Origin: Octopus bimaculoides
Taxonomy: Eukaryota
Direction of reading: 5' to 3'
NCBI RefSeq assembly: GCF_001194135.2
Contig: NC_068998.1
Span: 54,400,266-54,440,895 of the forward strand
DNA length: 40,630 nucleotides
In this document: positions 12,930 through 25,639 of the stretch, piece by piece
How the letters are laid out: the number at the start of each line of letters is the position of its first letter
Numbering within the stretch: the stretch's first letter is position 1
Translations under genes and position numbers: made by a program
Notes under the pieces: generated by a model
What the model was told of the DNA's origin: nothing
What the model saw: only the letters and a program-made list of their open reading frames with translations
The model's database searches: none

Positions 12930-13157
12930 GGATGATGATGATGAGGATGATGATGGTGGTGGCGGTGGTGGTGGTGATGATGATCATGAGAGTGATGATA
13001 TATTTAGGTCATTAAAGAAAGAAAAAACAGAAACGAAGAAGTATCAACTTAACCCTCAATACATCACAACATCTGCATTACTTCCACCAATGTAACAAAA
13101 TCACTCACCACTACTTACTACCACTGCCGCCACCACCACCGCCACCACCACCACCAC

Positions 13158-13536
13158 CATCATCATCATCCTCATCCTCACTTCCACTTTTCTATGCTTG
13201 CATGGGTTGGACAGAGTTTACTGAGATGAATTTTCAATGGCCAAATGCCTTTTCTGTTGCCTGCTTTCACCTGTTTTCAACTAAGGTAGCATTTCCCCCA
13301 TGTTTTCATGGAGGATTGCAAATAAATGACACTGCTTGTATAACAGTGACATTCATTTACAATTATCATGTTTTGTCATGACAAGGAGACACACACACAT
13401 CTATAGGATGGGCTTCTTTTTAGTTTCCATTCACCAAATCCATTCACAAGGCTTTGGTCAGCCAGAGTGTATAGCAGAAGACACTTGATCGAGGTGCATG
13501 CAGTGGGACTGAACCTGAAACCATGTGGTTTGGAAG
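13158..13536 (-). mobile_element. tRNA-derived SINE, family B (same head as A, different 3' half, (GAT)n tail)
   Basis: Head cagtgggactgaacctgaaaccatgtgg; 3' part ttttctatgcttgcatgggttggac next to (CAT)n; homologous to 27614-28097. Confidence 0.85.
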
Positions 13537-14000
13537 TTGACAAATAAGGAAATAAACAAGTGAGGAATTAAATGAAATCGGAATCAGAGGGAGAGGTGGT
13601 GGCCTGCATGGGAAAGACTTGTATTATTGGGGGGACAGGAGGCGACAGAAAGAGTAAAGTAAAATTGCCATTTCAAGTGAAGTTTCCACTCTTCTGCACA
13701 GAAGGACAGTTCACTCTTTCAGTTTCCATTTTCTAGTTAAGGAGTTTGTTGTTGTTGTTGTTTTGCCTTGATCAAGCAAGCATATATATGGTTAAAGGTG
13801 TTCTGAATACAACCCCCACCTTTTCTCTTTTTGAAGGCATAACCTATCTTGGATTACATTTTCAAATGCGTCCTTCTCTTTTTAAGATGGTAACATCTGA
13901 CAAGAGGGAGATTTTGGTTGCTATTTCTAACCAGCAAGAGCAACCAAGCCATCTTGTTGGCTCAAATAGTTAAAGAATATCAATTTCTGCAGAAGAGTAA

Positions 14001-14032
<32 letters not shown>

Positions 14033-14213
14033 TTCTGGTGAATATTTCAAAATTATTCAGAGATTAATTGTAGAATTTTTCAAGATGATAGCTTCCGACC
14101 GTTTTCGCTTTTTGTGCAATGAATGGTGCTTTTAACATTACTTCCATGGAAAGGTTAGAAACATATGTGTGTGTGTGTGTGTGTGTGTGTGTAATGTGAG
14201 ACAGGTAGCATAT

Positions 14214-14253
<40 letters not shown>

Positions 14254-14276
14254 GCAGCACTGGTAATAACACTGTA

Positions 14277-15720
14277 TTTATGGATGAGTTAAAGCTGTTT
14301 GCAATAAACAAAGATGAAATAGACTCTTCAGTGCAAATAGTACATTAAGATGAAGTTGTGAGATTAAAAAAGTACAGAGTGTCGATAATGAAAATGAGAA
14401 AAGACAGTGTGAAGTAATTAGGATAGAATTACTGGATAATGGAAGGTAAGCAAGGAAGGTAATCAGCGTGGGTTCGAAGTAATTAAGTAGGAAAGAATTA
14501 GAGAGAATCAAGATGAGAATAAAGAAAATTAACACGGAAAAGCTATTTCAAAACAACTAATTATGGCATATTTAAGAATGAGCTTTTAAATGAAGTTAAA
14601 TGATGATAGACATTAAGTCTTGGACTACCAGTATGTGGAGAATTTTGACTACCAATACATGGAGAGTTTCCAGTTTTAAGATTAGAAAATGAATGTTAAC
14701 CCTTCAGCATTTAAACCATCCATATCCAGGCCAAATATTCTACCTATTTTATGCTTGAACTAGCAAGATCCAGCCTCTCACACCTACCCTACAATGTCAT
14801 TTTAAAGATAAATAATCACATCATCAAAATCTCAAATCTACGAGATAATGCATGATTAATTCGAAACAACAGGAAGAAATAAGCATTACATTTGACAGTA
14901 ATCTGAATACTAAAGATTAATGAGTAATGAAGATCAGAAAGTTTAGATAAAAATGTATATCCAAAACATAATGACCATATATGGAGCTTATGTTGAGAGA
15001 GAGAGAGGTGGGGGTGTTAGGTACAAAGAATGCATACATAATGAGGCTGGCTGCGTATCATGTTTTTTGATTATGCCAGAAAAAGAAAAGGAAGTGGGGG
15101 TGCAATAGCAGAGAAAGAAGATGCAAAGAGAAAAGGATTGGAATGGTTAGGAATAATGTGCAGTACTTGAAGAATTAAGCGAAGATATATTAGAAATAAA
15201 AAGAAACTGGGAAATGAAAGAAACATTTATGGACAATGAGAATTATAGGGAGAGAAAAAAAGGTAGGGTCAGTTGAATTGAAATAAAAGCTGAGACTCAA
15301 GGAAGTCAGACTTAAAAAAACTAATATTAAAAAAACATTGGTGGTGTTTGCAGTGCAACAAGAAGAAGAGCAAAACAAATCATGTCATAATTGCACGAAG
15401 ACAAGGCGACCAACCTGTCATTATCAGATGTTGAACAGAAGAAACTGGTATGTTTCTGATAAGTGAATTGAATGCAGTTAACTGGCTCAGATGAATACAG
15501 AAAGTACAGAAGCAAAGCTGCTGCTGTACAAATAATGTGTGAAAAGAAATTTAGGATGGGTGAGAGATATTTATTTTCTAGCAAGAAGAGAGAACAACAG
15601 GCTTGTTGGTTATAGATTTCCAACAGGTCAATCATAGATTCACAGCAGATGTGACAAGGAGAGAGTGACAAGGGAAGGTCTGTATAAATATCACAAAGGA
15701 ATTTCTTCAAAAGCACAGGC
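14277..15720 (+). mobile_element. Decayed R4/Dong-clade non-LTR retrotransposon (RT through C-terminal region), interrupted by a MITE
   Basis: Hand translation: FMDELKLFAINKDEIDSSVQIVH at 14277 (cf. FMDDLKLF RT motif), IELLDNG, IMTIYGA/YVERERGG (about 14950-15010), WEMKE..IYGQ, LVVFAVQQE, ECS*LAQ. Many stops and frameshifts. Confidence 0.85.
14696..14920. mobile_element. piggyBac-like MITE, family 2, nested in the Dong remnant
   Basis: TTAACCCTTCAGCATT ... AATACTAAAGATTAA; LINE-like peptide resumes on both sides; second copy at 29608. Confidence 0.85.
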
Positions 15721-15852
15721 AGGAGGGGGGAGCTTTCAGTTGTATTTATACAGCATTAATATATAAATATATACATTAGCAAAAGGTATATTTATACAAT
15801 ACACACACACATATATAATGTGTATATATGTATGTATATGCATATGCATATG

Positions 15853-15883
<31 letters not shown>

Positions 15884-16075
15884 CATGTGTGTGTGTGTGT
15901 GTATATAAAGTAGGACAATGTCTTCAAGTAAGTTGGTGTGAGATTTCCATGTACATCTATGCTATCGTAATACAACAGTATTGCAAAAGCTTTAGAGTGC
16001 ATTTTGTAAATTGGAAGAGATACACAAAGGGAAGATGAAAGACATTAAATCAGCTTATACATTTGTGTGCATGTG

Positions 16076-16336
16076 TGTTATGGGGATGTAAACACACCAA
16101 CACAGGCACAAAGATACACAAAAAGAAACACATGCACACACACACACACATACACATACATATATAGACAACAGGTTTCTTTCTGTTTCCATCTACTAAA
16201 TCCACTCACAGGACTTTGGTTGGTCAAATGCTATAGTAGAAGACTCTTGCCCAAGGTGCCACACAGTGGGACTGAACCGAGAACCATGTGGTTGGGAAGC
16301 AAAGTTCTTACCACACAACCACGCTTGCACCTATAC
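16076..16336 (-). mobile_element. tRNA-derived SINE, family A, 5' two-thirds, inserted in the Dong remnant
   Basis: gcccaaggtgccacacagtgggactgaacc...cttaccacacaaccac is the reverse complement of the tRNA-like head. Confidence 0.9.
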
Positions 16337-16339
16337 TCA

Positions 16340-16775
16340 CAGAAAAAGGAAGAAAGAGTTACATCTCTAGAAATACAAGTGGTAGAGTGGAAAATTCTAA
16401 TGGCAACATCAATAAATAATCTCAGAAATATAGTGACTGAATCGTGTTGAAATACTTTCCAGCTGACGGTGACATGTAATATGTATCTATTGATTAAAAC
16501 GGTTGAAGGCAGTGCCACAGCATGGTCACGTTCTAAAGAATGAAACCAGTCAAATGATAATAAAATAATTGCAGTCATTGACCTGTTGATTTCTGCAGTT
16601 GTTTGCCTTTGCAGGAAAACGGGGCAAATTGATACGAAATGAGAAGGAAATGAGAAGAAGAGGAAGAAGAAAGAGTTTCTGGTTGATATTATTTGGAATC
16701 AGGCAAAGATCGATGTTCTGAGAATTAAGGAATATTATTGAGATAAGTGCAAGGATGCTTACACAGTTTGGTAAA
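16340..16775 (+). mobile_element. Probable continuation of the same R4/Dong remnant (endonuclease-side C terminus)
   Basis: Weak similarities in the expected order: VEWKILMATSI (cf. VKILWDF), AVID, and ttattg..gcaaggatgctt (cf. LLGTARIL). Separated from the upstream part by SSRs and a SINE. Confidence 0.4.
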
Positions 16776-17039
16776 AGAAATATGTTACAGAGATGTTTGA
16801 GATTGAGAGGGGGGGGGCAATAGTTCAGTGGTGGGAGGTCAATAGTTCAGTGGTGGGAGGTCAAAAGGTCACTGGTGGTTGCAGGAAACAAAAGAGATGT
16901 TTAATCTATCACAGTTTATTAGTAAGATCTCATGGAAAGCTAATAATATATAACTCAATGGAGCATGAAATGAACACAACACTGATAAAGTGTGGTATTA
17001 AAAGCAACTAAGTATATTGTAGTAATCGAGCCACTGTGT

Positions 17040-17218
17040 AGCTATGTCAGCCTGCTAGAAATAGCAGCCAATCCACCCCCTTAAATCACACACTTCTAGG
17101 AATGGAAGACATTGGATAATGTAGTCCTGGGTAGACAAAGCAGTGAAAAAAGAAGACAGAATGATCAAGGTTGGAAGGCTTGGCCTTCGATCTTAAGTTT
17201 GTTCAGTCGGGGTTACAA
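17040..17218 (+). repeat. Interspersed repeat family F (unclassified); other copies about 35445-35635 (+), 18290-18350, 13905-13945, 23690-23730 (-)
   Basis: Shared core cctgctagaaatagcagcca(a) found five times, in both orientations. Confidence 0.75.
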
Positions 17219-17329
17219 CATTTCTGGGATAAAATGCTAAATAAGACACAAAACAGTTCACTTCGAAAGCAGAACAGAGCAGAGACATTGTCACCATGAC
17301 AATTCAGACTTTGACTCTACAGGAAGTTG

Positions 17330-17520
17330 CTATGAATGTTATAAAAGCCAAAATAAGCGAGTGAAGTTGCCTACTGCAGAGGGCTGTAAAGTGTAAAGTG
17401 TAGAGATGGCTGGGAATTAAGAGTCGGGGAAAGAATTTAACCAATCTATAAAAACTGTATAGCTTTAACATTGCCAGAGAAATTGGAGATTAAAGATATA
17501 CCAGAAGCACTTTCTAATGA
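17330..17520 (+). mobile_element. Possible second R4/Dong RT fragment
   Basis: KCRDGWELRVGE..IALTLPEKLEIKDIPE loosely resembles the KC..GKL..GIELP..IKEI segment; may be the upstream part of the 18560-18905 copy. Confidence 0.3.
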
Positions 17521-17553
17521 GGCAAAACGAAGCCAGTAAATAAAAGAGATAGC

Positions 17554-17600
<47 letters not shown>

Positions 17601-18400
17601 CTNNNNNNNNNNNNNNNNNNNNNNNNNNNNNNNNNNNNNNNNNNNNNNNNNNNNNNNNNNNNNNNNNNNNNNNNNNNNNNNNNNNNNNNNNNNNNNNNNN
17701 NNNNNNNNNNNNNNNNNNNNNNNNNNNNNNNNNNNNNNNNNNNNNNNNNNNNNNNNNNNNNNNNNNNNNNNNNNNNNNNNNNNNNNNNNNNNNNNNNNNN
17801 NNNNNNNNNNNNNNNNNNNNNNNNNNNNNNNNNNNNNNNNNNNNNNNNNNNNNNNNNNNNNNNNNNNNNNNNNNNNNNNNNNNNNNNNNNNNNNNNNNNN
17901 NNNNNNNNNNNNNNNNNNNNNNNNNNNNNNNNNNNNNNNNNNNNNNNNNNNNNNNNNNNNNNNNNNNNNNNNNNNNNNNNNNNNNNNNNNNNNNNNNNNN
18001 NNNNNNNNNNNNNNNNNNNNNNNNNNNNNNNNNNNNNNNNNNNNNNNNNNNNNNNNNNNNNNNNNNNNNNNNNNNNNNNNNNNNNNNNNNNNNNNNNNNN
18101 NNNNNNNNNNNNNNNNNNNNNNNNNNNNNNNNNNNNNNNNNNNNNNNNNNNNNNNNNNNNNNNNNNNNNNNNNNNNNNNNNNNNNNNNNNNNNNNNNNNN
18201 NNNNATTTTCATATATCTTCATAATTAAAAAACAAATTAACTGAAATAAACTAGGTGTATTTCAACAGAAATACAAAAACAAAAGGCTTAAGATAGTAGG
18301 GTATGATTTGAATGAGAGTTGGCTGTTATTTCTAGCAGGTCACATGGTTCTAACAATTTGTGAGATAACAGAATCAATCTTTGTCTTTTTCTCTCTCCAG

Positions 18401-18432
18401 CTGCTGTTCCGAACCCCAATTTGTAAGAAAAG
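18401..18432 (+). CDS. Candidate 32-nt internal micro-exon of an unidentified gene (phase 0->2, LLFRTPICKK; alternative open frame CCSEPQFVRK)
   Basis: Acceptor ctttgtctttttctctctccag| and near-consensus donor AAG|gtaagc. Two of three frames are stop-free. Joins in frame to 33617-33652 and 38504-38549. No homology recognised. Confidence 0.55.
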
Positions 18433-18559
18433 GTAAGCACTGCAGACCTCTACTGCAACAGAGATAAAATATGCTACTGCAGACAAAAGACAGAGATACA
18501 AGCAGTCATTCACCTGGATATGGAAGGGGGGGGGAGAAGAAGAAGAAGAAGAAAGTAGC

Positions 18560-18905
18560 TACAACATATCAAAAGGAAATTTAAAAAATCCCCAAAGAAT
18601 AAAAGTGAAAGCTTGAAATGATTCCAGAGTGAAACGAATGCTAAAAATACGATTGAAGCTGTCAACTTTCTGGATGTTCCTGCAGAAGCATAACTGTTTC
18701 AGTGTGAGAAAGTTGAAGATTAATGGGATTTGAAGAAAAGATGGAGACAGAAACAACAACAACAACACCAACCACATTTGGATTGTGTCATCCAAAAGCT
18801 AATCTACACAAGGTACTTTTTACACAGAAAAGAAGAAGAGGCATAAGCCTTAGAGAGATAGAGATGAACTATGCAACATCAGCTTCTTGTGCAGGTATAC
18901 ATCGT
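18560..18905 (+). mobile_element. R4/Dong LINE fragment (post-RT region)
   Basis: KNTIEAVNFLDVP and FGLCHPKANLHKVLFTQKRRRGISLREIE match the family pattern N.I.AINTWAVP ... HPKADVDRLYLPRK.GGRGL.SIE. Confidence 0.75.
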
Positions 18906-18927
18906 TAAGAAAACTATTGAGAGATTC

Positions 18928-19395
18928 AATAATAATAATAATAATAATCCTTTCTACTGGAGGCACAAGGCCTGAAATTTGGGGGGAAGGGGCTAGATGG
19001 TTACATCAACTGGTTCTTATTTTATCAACCTCCAAAAGAATGAAAGGTAAAGATGGCCTCAGCGGAATTTGAACTCAGAACATAAAGATGAACAAAATAC
19101 TGTTAAGCATTTCACCCGGCATCCTAATGACTCTGCCAGCTCACTGCCTTAATAATAATAATAATAATGATGATGATGATGATGGTTTCAAATTTTGGCA
19201 CAAGGCCAGCAAGTTTGGGGGAGGGGGTAAGTCGATCATATCGACTCCAATGCTCAACTGGTACTCATTTTATCAACTCTGAAAAGATGAAAGGAGAAGT
19301 TGACCTTGGCAAAGTTTTCATGCAGAATGTAAAGATGAATGAAATGCTGCTAAGCATTTTACCTGGAAGGCAAACGATTCCGCTAGCTCACCACC

Positions 19396-19397
<2 letters not shown>
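18928..19397 (-). mobile_element. Two tandem full-length (ATT)n-tailed SINEs, family D (18928-19150 and 19151-19397)
   Basis: Reverse complement has tRNA-like boxes (ctggcagag ... gagttcaaattcc) and a ggccttgtgcc 3' end. (AAT)n at 18928, 19151 and 19398 separates and flanks the copies. Confidence 0.9.
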
Positions 19398-19438
<41 letters not shown>

Positions 19439-22029
19439 CAATGACAAAATACACAAACAGTGTAAAATCATAGATTCTGCAATTCTCTATGATAATAGAG
19501 TCAATACCAAAGAAACTGGAAAAATTCTCNNNNNNNNNNNNNNNNNNNNNNNNNNNNNNNNNNNNNNNNNNNNNNNNNNNNNNNNNNNNNNNNNNNNNNN
19601 NNNNNNNNNNNNNNNNNNNNNNNNNNNNNNNNNNNNNNNNNNNNNNNNNNNNNNNNNNNNNNNNNNNNNNNNNNNNNNNNNNNNNNNNNNNNNNNNNNNN
19701 NNNNNNNNNNNNNNNNNNNNNNNNNNNNNNNNNNNNNNNNNNNNNNNNNNNNNNNNNNNNNNNNNNNNNNNNNNNNNNNNNNNNNNNNNNNNNNNNNNNN
19801 NNNNNNNNNNNNNNNNNNNNNNNNNNNNNNNNNNNNNNNNNNNNNNNNNNNNNNNNNNNNNNNNNNNNNNNNNNNNNNNNNNNNNNNNNNNNNNNNNNNN
19901 NNNNNNNNNNNNNNNNNNNNNNNNNNNNNNNNNNNNNNNNNNNNNNNNNNNNNNNNNNNNNNNNNNNNNNNNNNNNNNNNNNNNNNNNNNNNNNNNNNNN
20001 NNNNNNNNNNNNNNNNNNNNNNNNNNNNNNNNNNNNNNNNNNNNNNNNNNNNNNNNNNNNNNNNNNNNNNNNNNNNNNNNNNNNNNNNNNNNNNNNNNNN
20101 NNNNNNNNNNNNNNNNNNNNNNNNNNNNNNNNNNNNNNNNNNNNNNNNNNNNNNNNNAGTGTAAAATAACAAAAAGATATCTCCAAAATGAAACAAAAAA
20201 TGAAACAAACCTTTTTTTTAGTTTGTTTGTTCGTTTCAGTATGAAATAAAAATCCAAAAGTGTTCAAAATGTCTTGTTGGTAAATAATCCAAATGAAGAA
20301 AAAAATTTTCATTCACTTTGAACTTCTAAAATATCCAAAATTATCAGAACCCATAAAAGACATCACAGTAAGACGCAACAACAATAATAATAATTTCACT
20401 CTTATTTCTGCAAGGGTCTTTCCTATATCCAAAGGGAAAGAAGTACAAAAGGGTTACAAAAACATGTATGGATGGATGAAACAAACTTATCTATATGCTG
20501 AAGAAGTAATATGTATGTATGTATGTATGTATGTATATGTATGGCTTTAAATTACATCTGGTAGTGGGGCCTTGGTTCAGGAGTTGCAGGGCTTTAAGGA
20601 ACATGGAACCACCTCTTAGCCACTATTTGTTCTCAGGTCTTCTGTGACATGGTGTAGTGGCACCTATCAGTGTCCCATCTAAGGGTTAACTAGACAACTG
20701 GCAGTGAATGGTCCCTAGTTCTTGTTAGAACTTCCTTCTATGAGAAGGTAAACTCACATGACAAATTCTGAAGTGCAGTTGGTTTCTGGTCATCTCAACC
20801 TCAGTTGTGCCACAGGTTTTAAAGCTGACTGTACTGGAAAGTGGATCCATTCAAAACAGGAACTTCTTGGACTCTTGATTCTAAGAAGTGGCCTTACTCA
20901 GTCACAAGTTGACTTCCACCATATACATACATATATATATATATATAGGAAAATGAAAAATAATAATAAGGCAGAATGCTAAACTGGAAGCATATTTTAA
21001 TGAAGATTTCTCTAACCGGTTTTCATTGCGAAGCAAATTTTCAAGAAGAGGGAGAATGAAAATGTTTTTTACAAAGAAGTACAAAATGAAGAAAATAATA
21101 TATAAAAAAAAATAATATATAAAAAAATAAATATACCAATACATTATATTGTCTTTGAGCTTTTAAAGTTCAATGGTAGTTCATGTATATAATGGTNNNN
21201 NNNNNNNNNNNNNNNNNNNNNNNNNNNNNNNNNNNNNNNNNNNNNNNNNNNNNNNNNNNNNNNNNNNNNNNNNNNNNNNNNNNNNNNNNNNNNNNNNNNN
21301 NNNNNNNNNNNNNNNNNNNNNNNNNNNNNNNNNNNNNNNNNNNNNNNNNNNNNNNNNNNNNNNNNNNNNNNNNNNNNNNNNNNNNNNNNNNNNNNNNNNN
21401 NNNNNNNNNNNNNNNNNNNNNNNNNNNNNNNNNNNNNNNNNNNNNNNNNNNNNNNNNNNNNNNNNNNNNNNNNNNNNNNNNNNNNNNNNNNNNNNNNNNN
21501 NNNNNNNNNNNNNNNNNNNNNNNNNNNNNNNNNNNNNNNNNNNNNNNNNNNNNNNNNNNNNNNNNNNNNNNNNNNNNNNNNNNNNNNNNNNNNNNNNNNN
21601 NNNNNNNNNNNNNNNNNNNNNNNNNNNNNNNNNNNNNNNNNNNNNNNNNNNNNNNNNNNNNNNNNNNNNNNNNNNNNNNNNNNNNNNNNNNNNNNNNNNN
21701 NNNNNNNNNNNNNNNNNNNNNNNNNNNNNNNNNNNNNNNNNNNNNNNNNNNNNNNNNNNNNNNNNNNNNNNNNNNNNNNNNNNNNNNNNNNNNNNNNNNN
21801 NNNNNNNNNNNNNNNNNNNNNNNNNNNNNNNNNNNNNNNNNNNNNNNNNNNNNNNNNNNNNNNNNNNNNNNNNNNNNNNNNNNNNNNNNNNNNNNNNNNN
21901 NNNNNNNNNNNNNNNNNNNNNNNNNNNNNNNNNNNNNNNNNNNNNNNNNNNNNNNNNNNNNNNNNNNNNNNNNNNNNNNNNNNNNNNNNNNNNNNNNATG
22001 ACACTGACCCCCCACCCCACCCCACCCCC

Positions 22030-23055
22030 AGTAAACAACTGGTACTTATTTTATCGATCTTGAATGGGTGAAAAGCAAAGTCGACCTTTGTGGAATTTGA
22101 ACTCAGAATGTTTTTATGATGGACAAAATGCCACTAAGCATTGCTGCCCAGGGTGCTGCTGGTTCTGCCAGCCGGCTGTCATAATAATAATAATAATAAT
22201 AATGTTTTTAGAAGTATGTTGGGAGAAACGCATATTTAAATGAGTAAATTCTATTGTTACTGGTCCAAATTTTATCAATAATAAAGAAAAATAGAAAAGA
22301 ATGATAAAGATGATGATGATGATGATGATGATGTAGTGGTGGTGGTATTGATGATCATGGTGGTGACGACGACAACAACGGCAAAAATACTAATAACATC
22401 ACCACCAAGAATTTTCAAACGAACTGAAATTGCCGAAAGGCATCTTGGAACCAACATTTACTATATTTGACTGCTGACCAGAAATGTATGAATTAAAATG
22501 TTGCTGGAAACCACAAAAAATAAAATGAAATAAAATAAAATAAATAAATAAAAAATATTGAAAATGGATCTCATTATTCTCAATTCATGAATCAAATTAG
22601 CACTGATTGTTATAATGACCCCTGGAAGGCTGAGACGTAAAGTCAGCCCCAGCGGGTTTTGAACTCAGAATGTAAAGATTTGTAACAAAACACTGCAAGG
22701 CATTTTGTTCTCAACACAACCCCTTCTGCCCTCCACCCTCCTCATTAGGTATTACAGCAACAGATTACACTCTTCTATCGTTCTAACAACCTACGTAATT
22801 ATTATAATTTTTTGTCTTTCATTGGTACAAGGCTAGGAAGTTTGCAGTGAGGAGAATAATCAAATATATCGACTCCAGTTCTTGACTGGAATCTAGTTTA
22901 TTGAACTGAAAAGGATGAAAGGGGCAGTTGACCTCAGTAAGATGCTGGTGTCATGTAAAAACCATGCAGTCACAAAGCAAGTTTCTTCTTAACCTTCATC
23001 AGCCTCTGGTAGAATGAAAGACAAACTCAACGGTGGTAGGGTTTGAACTCAGGAC
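22030..23055 (-). mobile_element. Cluster of about four family D SINE fragments
   Basis: Repeated tttgaactcag head motif (22077-22106, 22657-22670, 23041-23052) and ggatgaaagg motif; the 22030-22180 copy abuts (AAT)n at its head. Confidence 0.75.
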
Positions 23056-23061
23056 CTAAAC

Positions 23062-23301
23062 TAGTGGTTTCCAGCTATTTTTTACCTATTGACCCTTTTG
23101 GTTCCAACTTCATTTAAGTGGACCCTAATAGTCATTTGACGTTTAAGACATTCTATTATATTCTAATAATTAAATATTATTAAGAATTGCGTTTAAAAAC
23201 TTGTTGAAGTTTAACCAATTTCTTGCACATAAATTTCAGCAACAAAAAGTCTTACATGGACTCCCACCAAGGGCCATATGGACCCTGGTTGAGAACCACA
23301 A
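23062..23301. mobile_element. hAT/Charlie-like MITE
   Basis: Degenerate TIRs tagtggtttccagc / ggttgagaaccacaa (cf. CAGTGGTTCTCAACC); flanking 8-mers acctaaac / atctaaat (6/8 match) resemble the NTCTAGAN target duplication. Confidence 0.65.
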
Positions 23302-24026
23302 ATCTAAATGAATATAAACACTGTCAGCCATTTTGTCTGCCAACCAGCCACCCACCCCCACCACCACTCCGTTGTAGTCATAATAATAATAATTATATTC
23401 ATATAAAAGCAACTGAAGCTGTGAAGTAAAGGAGTTGGAACATTACATGAGAAGTCATGAAACGAAGCCAAGCATTAAGTTGTTATCATTGGTTAAATTT
23501 CCAGTCACTTCCGACCGAACGTAATCAAAGCCAATTGTTTCATCTTCAAACATCTTGTCTTTTACACATCTATATATATATGTGTGTATATTTTTTGAAG
23601 TTTATTCAAAGAAGCAAGGGCACTGAGGTGACCTTTGTACGAGCAGGACAATTACCTTTACTTTTTTAAAGACAATAAGATGTATGGAGCAAGATTTGGT
23701 TGCTATTTCTAGCAGGCTTAGCAGCCCATAGCGTATTGTTGCTAAGCATTAAATAGCCATGGATTAGTTGTTAAGACAAAATATGTTCATTTTTTTTTTT
23801 TTTTTTCATAGTTGACTATTATTGTCAGTAGATGGTTTTTTTTAATATTTGTTTTAAGAATTATTATGCAAATAAATGCAAATTTTCAGAAGAGAAGTAA
23901 AAACACCAATAACGACAACTTTCAACAGCTTCAGAAAATAATCGCAAAAAAAAAAGGTTTAAAATGATAAAAAATTAATAATAATAGTTATAATAATAAT
24001 AATAACTATTATTATTATCATTATTC

Positions 24027-24154
24027 CACCCGAGTCAACTTTGCCTTTCATCCTTTGGGGGTTGATAAATTAAGCACCAGTTGTGTACTGGGGTTGATCT
24101 AATCGACTGGCCCCCTTCCCAAAAATTTTGGGCCTTATGCCTAGAGTGGAAAAG

Positions 24155-24198
<44 letters not shown>
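24027..24198 (+). mobile_element. Family D SINE, 5'-truncated, long (ATT)n tail
   Basis: gagtcaactttgcctttcatcctttgggggttgataaattaagcaccag...ggccttatgcctagagtggaaaagattattatt. Confidence 0.9.
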
Positions 24199-24200
<2 letters not shown>

Positions 24201-24964
24201 GAAATAGATTTTTTTCAGTTCGTTTTTGGTTGGAGTTGTGTAGTATAATAGTAAAATAAATTTTTAAAAAAAACAAAGTTTGAAAGAAATAAGAATATAG
24301 GTGATGAGTGCACANNNNNNNNNNNNNNNNNNNNNNNNNNNNNNNNNNNNNNNNNNNNNNNNNNNNNNNNNNNNNNNNNNNNNNNNNNNNNNNNNNNNNN
24401 NNNNNNNNNNNNNNNNNNNNNNNNNNNNNNNNNNNNNNNNNNNNNNNNNNNNNNNNNNNNNNNNNNNNNNNNNNNNNNNNNNNNNNNNNNNNNNNNNNNN
24501 NNNNNNNNNNNNNNNNNNNNNNNNNNNNNNNNNNNNNNNNNNNNNNNNNNNNNNNNNNNNNNNNNNNNNNNNNNNNNNNNNNNNNNNNNNNNNNNNNNNN
24601 NNNNNNNNNNNNNNNNNNNNNNNNNNNNNNNNNNNNNNNNNNNNNNNNNNNNNNNNNNNNNNNNNNNNNNNNNNNNNNNNNNNNNNNNNNNNNNNNNGAA
24701 AAAAATATTAAAAGAAATATATTGTAACTGATTATTGCAATAGTTGGAATTTATTGGGTTGTGGGGATGGGGTGGGGGAAAATCCCATGGCAGTGGAGTA
24801 TTGTCTAAGATTTTCATTAAGAAAGGTGAAATATTATGCAAAAGCTAATTTAAGAATTTTCCAAGGTTAAAATAAAGTTCCAACTTGATTATTGAAGATT
24901 TATATTTTCACACAGAACGGTTTTATGGATCTTTTGTATTGATTTTTATTTCTTTTTTTTTATA

Positions 24965-25006
<42 letters not shown>

Positions 25007-25364
25007 GCTCAAAAGTGAGTTTCCACCCCCACCTCACCCCCAGGTGACACAATGACAATTTTAAATGTATTAAACTAGAAATAGAAACAGGCAAACAGCA
25101 TAGAAAATATTTCATGACATCATTGTTAGTGTGTTTGTGTGTGTGCACACGTACATGTGTGTGTGTGTGTATGTATGTATGTAAGGTGTTTTCGTCAATT
25201 GATGTAATCAGTATGAGGACTATGATGTCTCAGTTTGTTTCACCACTAAAACTCTGGCTTGAACTGCAACTAAAAAATGTGGTGCTGAAATGTGGTGCCT
25301 ATCAAAGGCGATTACCAAAGTTTCTAAATTCGTATAGCATCAACAACATACAGCAAAAGCACAG

Positions 25365-25617
25365 TCATGGCAGATACCGGTATCACGCAAATTGGCACCC
25401 GTGCCAGGTGGCACGTAAACATACCCCAGTGTCGTGCTGGTGGCACATAAAAGCACCCATTACACTCTCAGAGTGGTTGGTGTTAGGAAGGGTATCCAGC
25501 CGTAGAAAACCATGCCAAATCAGACTGGAGTCTGATGGAGCCTTCCAGTGTGCCAGCCCAGTCAAACTGTCCAACCCATACCAGCATGGACAACAGACTA
25601 TAAATGATGATGATGAT
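25365..25617 (+). mobile_element. SINE family C 3' region ((GAT)n tail)
   Basis: ggcacataaaagcacccattacactctcagagtggttggtgttaggaagggtatccagccgtagaaa...aacccataccagcatgga...atgatgatgat; other copies at 29402 and 36398. Confidence 0.85.
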
Positions 25618-25639
25618 TGCTGATATCATACGAATTTAG

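Noticed and set aside
12925-13180. Mirror-like (GAT)(GGT) and (CAC)(CAT) tracts forming an apparent inverted repeat
   Set aside because: Both arms are simple repeats, one being a SINE tail; such pairing is expected by chance at this SSR density.
20637-20747. 111-nt segment with AG/GT boundaries
   Set aside because: Stops in all three frames; could only be non-coding and has no other support.
22009-24779. G-quadruplex-capable runs (22009-22029 minus; 24757-24779 plus; also about 28288 and 35162)
   Set aside because: Short simple G/C runs are common and have no supporting context.
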